Positions 63,334 to 64,000 of a DNA stretch of 64,000 nucleotides are shown piece by piece. This stretch comes from an uncultured delta proteobacterium (lineage in GTDB: Bacteria; Desulfobacterota; Syntrophia; Syntrophales; UBA5619): positions 32,001-96,000 of the forward strand of contig CAWFOM010000010.1 of NCBI GenBank assembly GCA_963817385.1, read 5' to 3'. Each line of letters begins with the position of its first letter. The stretch's first letter is position 1. The notes under the pieces are model-generated. The model made no database searches, was not told the DNA's origin, and was given only the letters and a program-made list of their open reading frames with translations. Made by a program: the position numbers and the translations under genes.

Positions 63334-63582
63334 ATGATACTACGATTGATAATCGGCATACTAGTGGTTTATTTCCTGTATAAGCTGATCAGGGGATGGA
63401 AGGCAATCCAGGGGCACTCCCAGAAGAATATTCCCGTCACCGGAGAGGATTTGGTGGAGGACCCCCTCTGCCATGCATATGTTCCCATCAGCAACGCTTG
63501 CAGAATATCGATCAACGGGAAGAACCTCTATTTCTGCAGCCAGAAATGCCTTGACGAGTACCGGGAGCAAAGAAAAACATAG
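63334..63582 (+). CDS. Small membrane-anchored YHS/TRASH-like metal-binding protein
   Basis: N-terminal TM, EDPLCHAYVP, YFCSQKC. Confidence 0.8.
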   Translation: MILRLIIGILVVYFLYKLIRGWKAIQGHSQKNIPVTGEDLVEDPLCHAYVPISNACRISINGKNLYFCSQKCLDEYREQRKT

Positions 63583-63629
63583 GACGGCGGTCCGGAAGAG
63601 ACACGGGGACGGTGAGGAGATCCCCTACT

Positions 63630-64000
63630 ATGATCGATTTTCTCATGCGTCTGTTTGATCGGCTACCCATCCCACCGGAGAAGAGGAGGATATTTAATCT
63701 TCCCAATACCATTTCGATGCTCCGAATCGGGGTCATCCCCGTACTTTTTTTTCTCCTTCTTTCACCGGGGCCTCTCATGAGCCTTGTCATCGCGGTGCTG
63801 TTCATCGCAGCGGCCCTGACCGATCTTCTGGACGGGTATATAGCCAGGAGATACCAGATTGTCACAACAATGGGTAAGTTTCTTGATCCCATCGCCGACA
63901 AACTGATCGTCAATACGGCGATGATCATGATGATTCCGATTGGCCGAATACCCGCCTGGATCGTCGCCATCATCGTCATCCGGGACTTCGCCGTTGACGG
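63630..64000 (+). CDS. pgsA: CDP-diacylglycerol--glycerol-3-phosphate 3-phosphatidyltransferase (runs off the window)
   Basis: Manual translation NLPNTISMLRI...TDLLDGYIARR...GKFLDPIADKL (CDP-alcohol phosphotransferase motif); GAGGAG RBS. Confidence 0.92.
   Translation, partial: MIDFLMRLFDRLPIPPEKRRIFNLPNTISMLRIGVIPVLFFLLLSPGPLMSLVIAVLFIAAALTDLLDGYIARRYQIVTTMGKFLDPIADKLIVNTAMIMMIPIGRIPAWIVAIIVIRDFAVD

Overview
GC-rich bacterial chromosomal segment. Gene content and order (xerC-hslVU-argBDFGH-lipoprotein-lysA-dapA-dapB-folK-pgsA, ETF, B12 radical SAMs) suggest an anaerobic Desulfobacterota, possibly Syntrophales-like; this is inference only. Left to right: partial lptF, divergent from an L-Ara4N (arn) operon with a split arnA; an ABC importer + GntR + aminotransferase + ETF + dimethylglycine-dehydrogenase-like catabolic cluster; a HAD hydrolase, an orphan MASE3 kinase and an MscS-cNMP channel; a glycosyltransferase/methyltransferase/(alpha/alpha)-barrel/acyltransferase/radical-SAM cluster; a ~15 kb type I secretion locus; a two-component system with a divergent radical SAM gene; then housekeeping genes. 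The two strongest leads are (1) the 22.6-28.3 kb cluster, which from memory resembles the actinobacterial methylmannose polysaccharide (ManT/MeT3/MmpH) genes but sits in a Gram-negative anaerobe, and (2) a ~2100-aa RTX protein with an N-terminal phospholipase A2-like His-Asp domain, preceded by a beta-propeller lipoprotein (candidate immunity), a glycosyltransferase and a DUF3467-like gene. Four genes (arnD, etfB, the HAD hydrolase, miaB) each carry an apparent +1 single-base insertion, most likely assembly error. A ~150 bp MITE-like element with TA flanks is present. No rRNA, tRNA or CRISPR array was recognised. All family assignments come from motif recognition by eye; no database searches were run.
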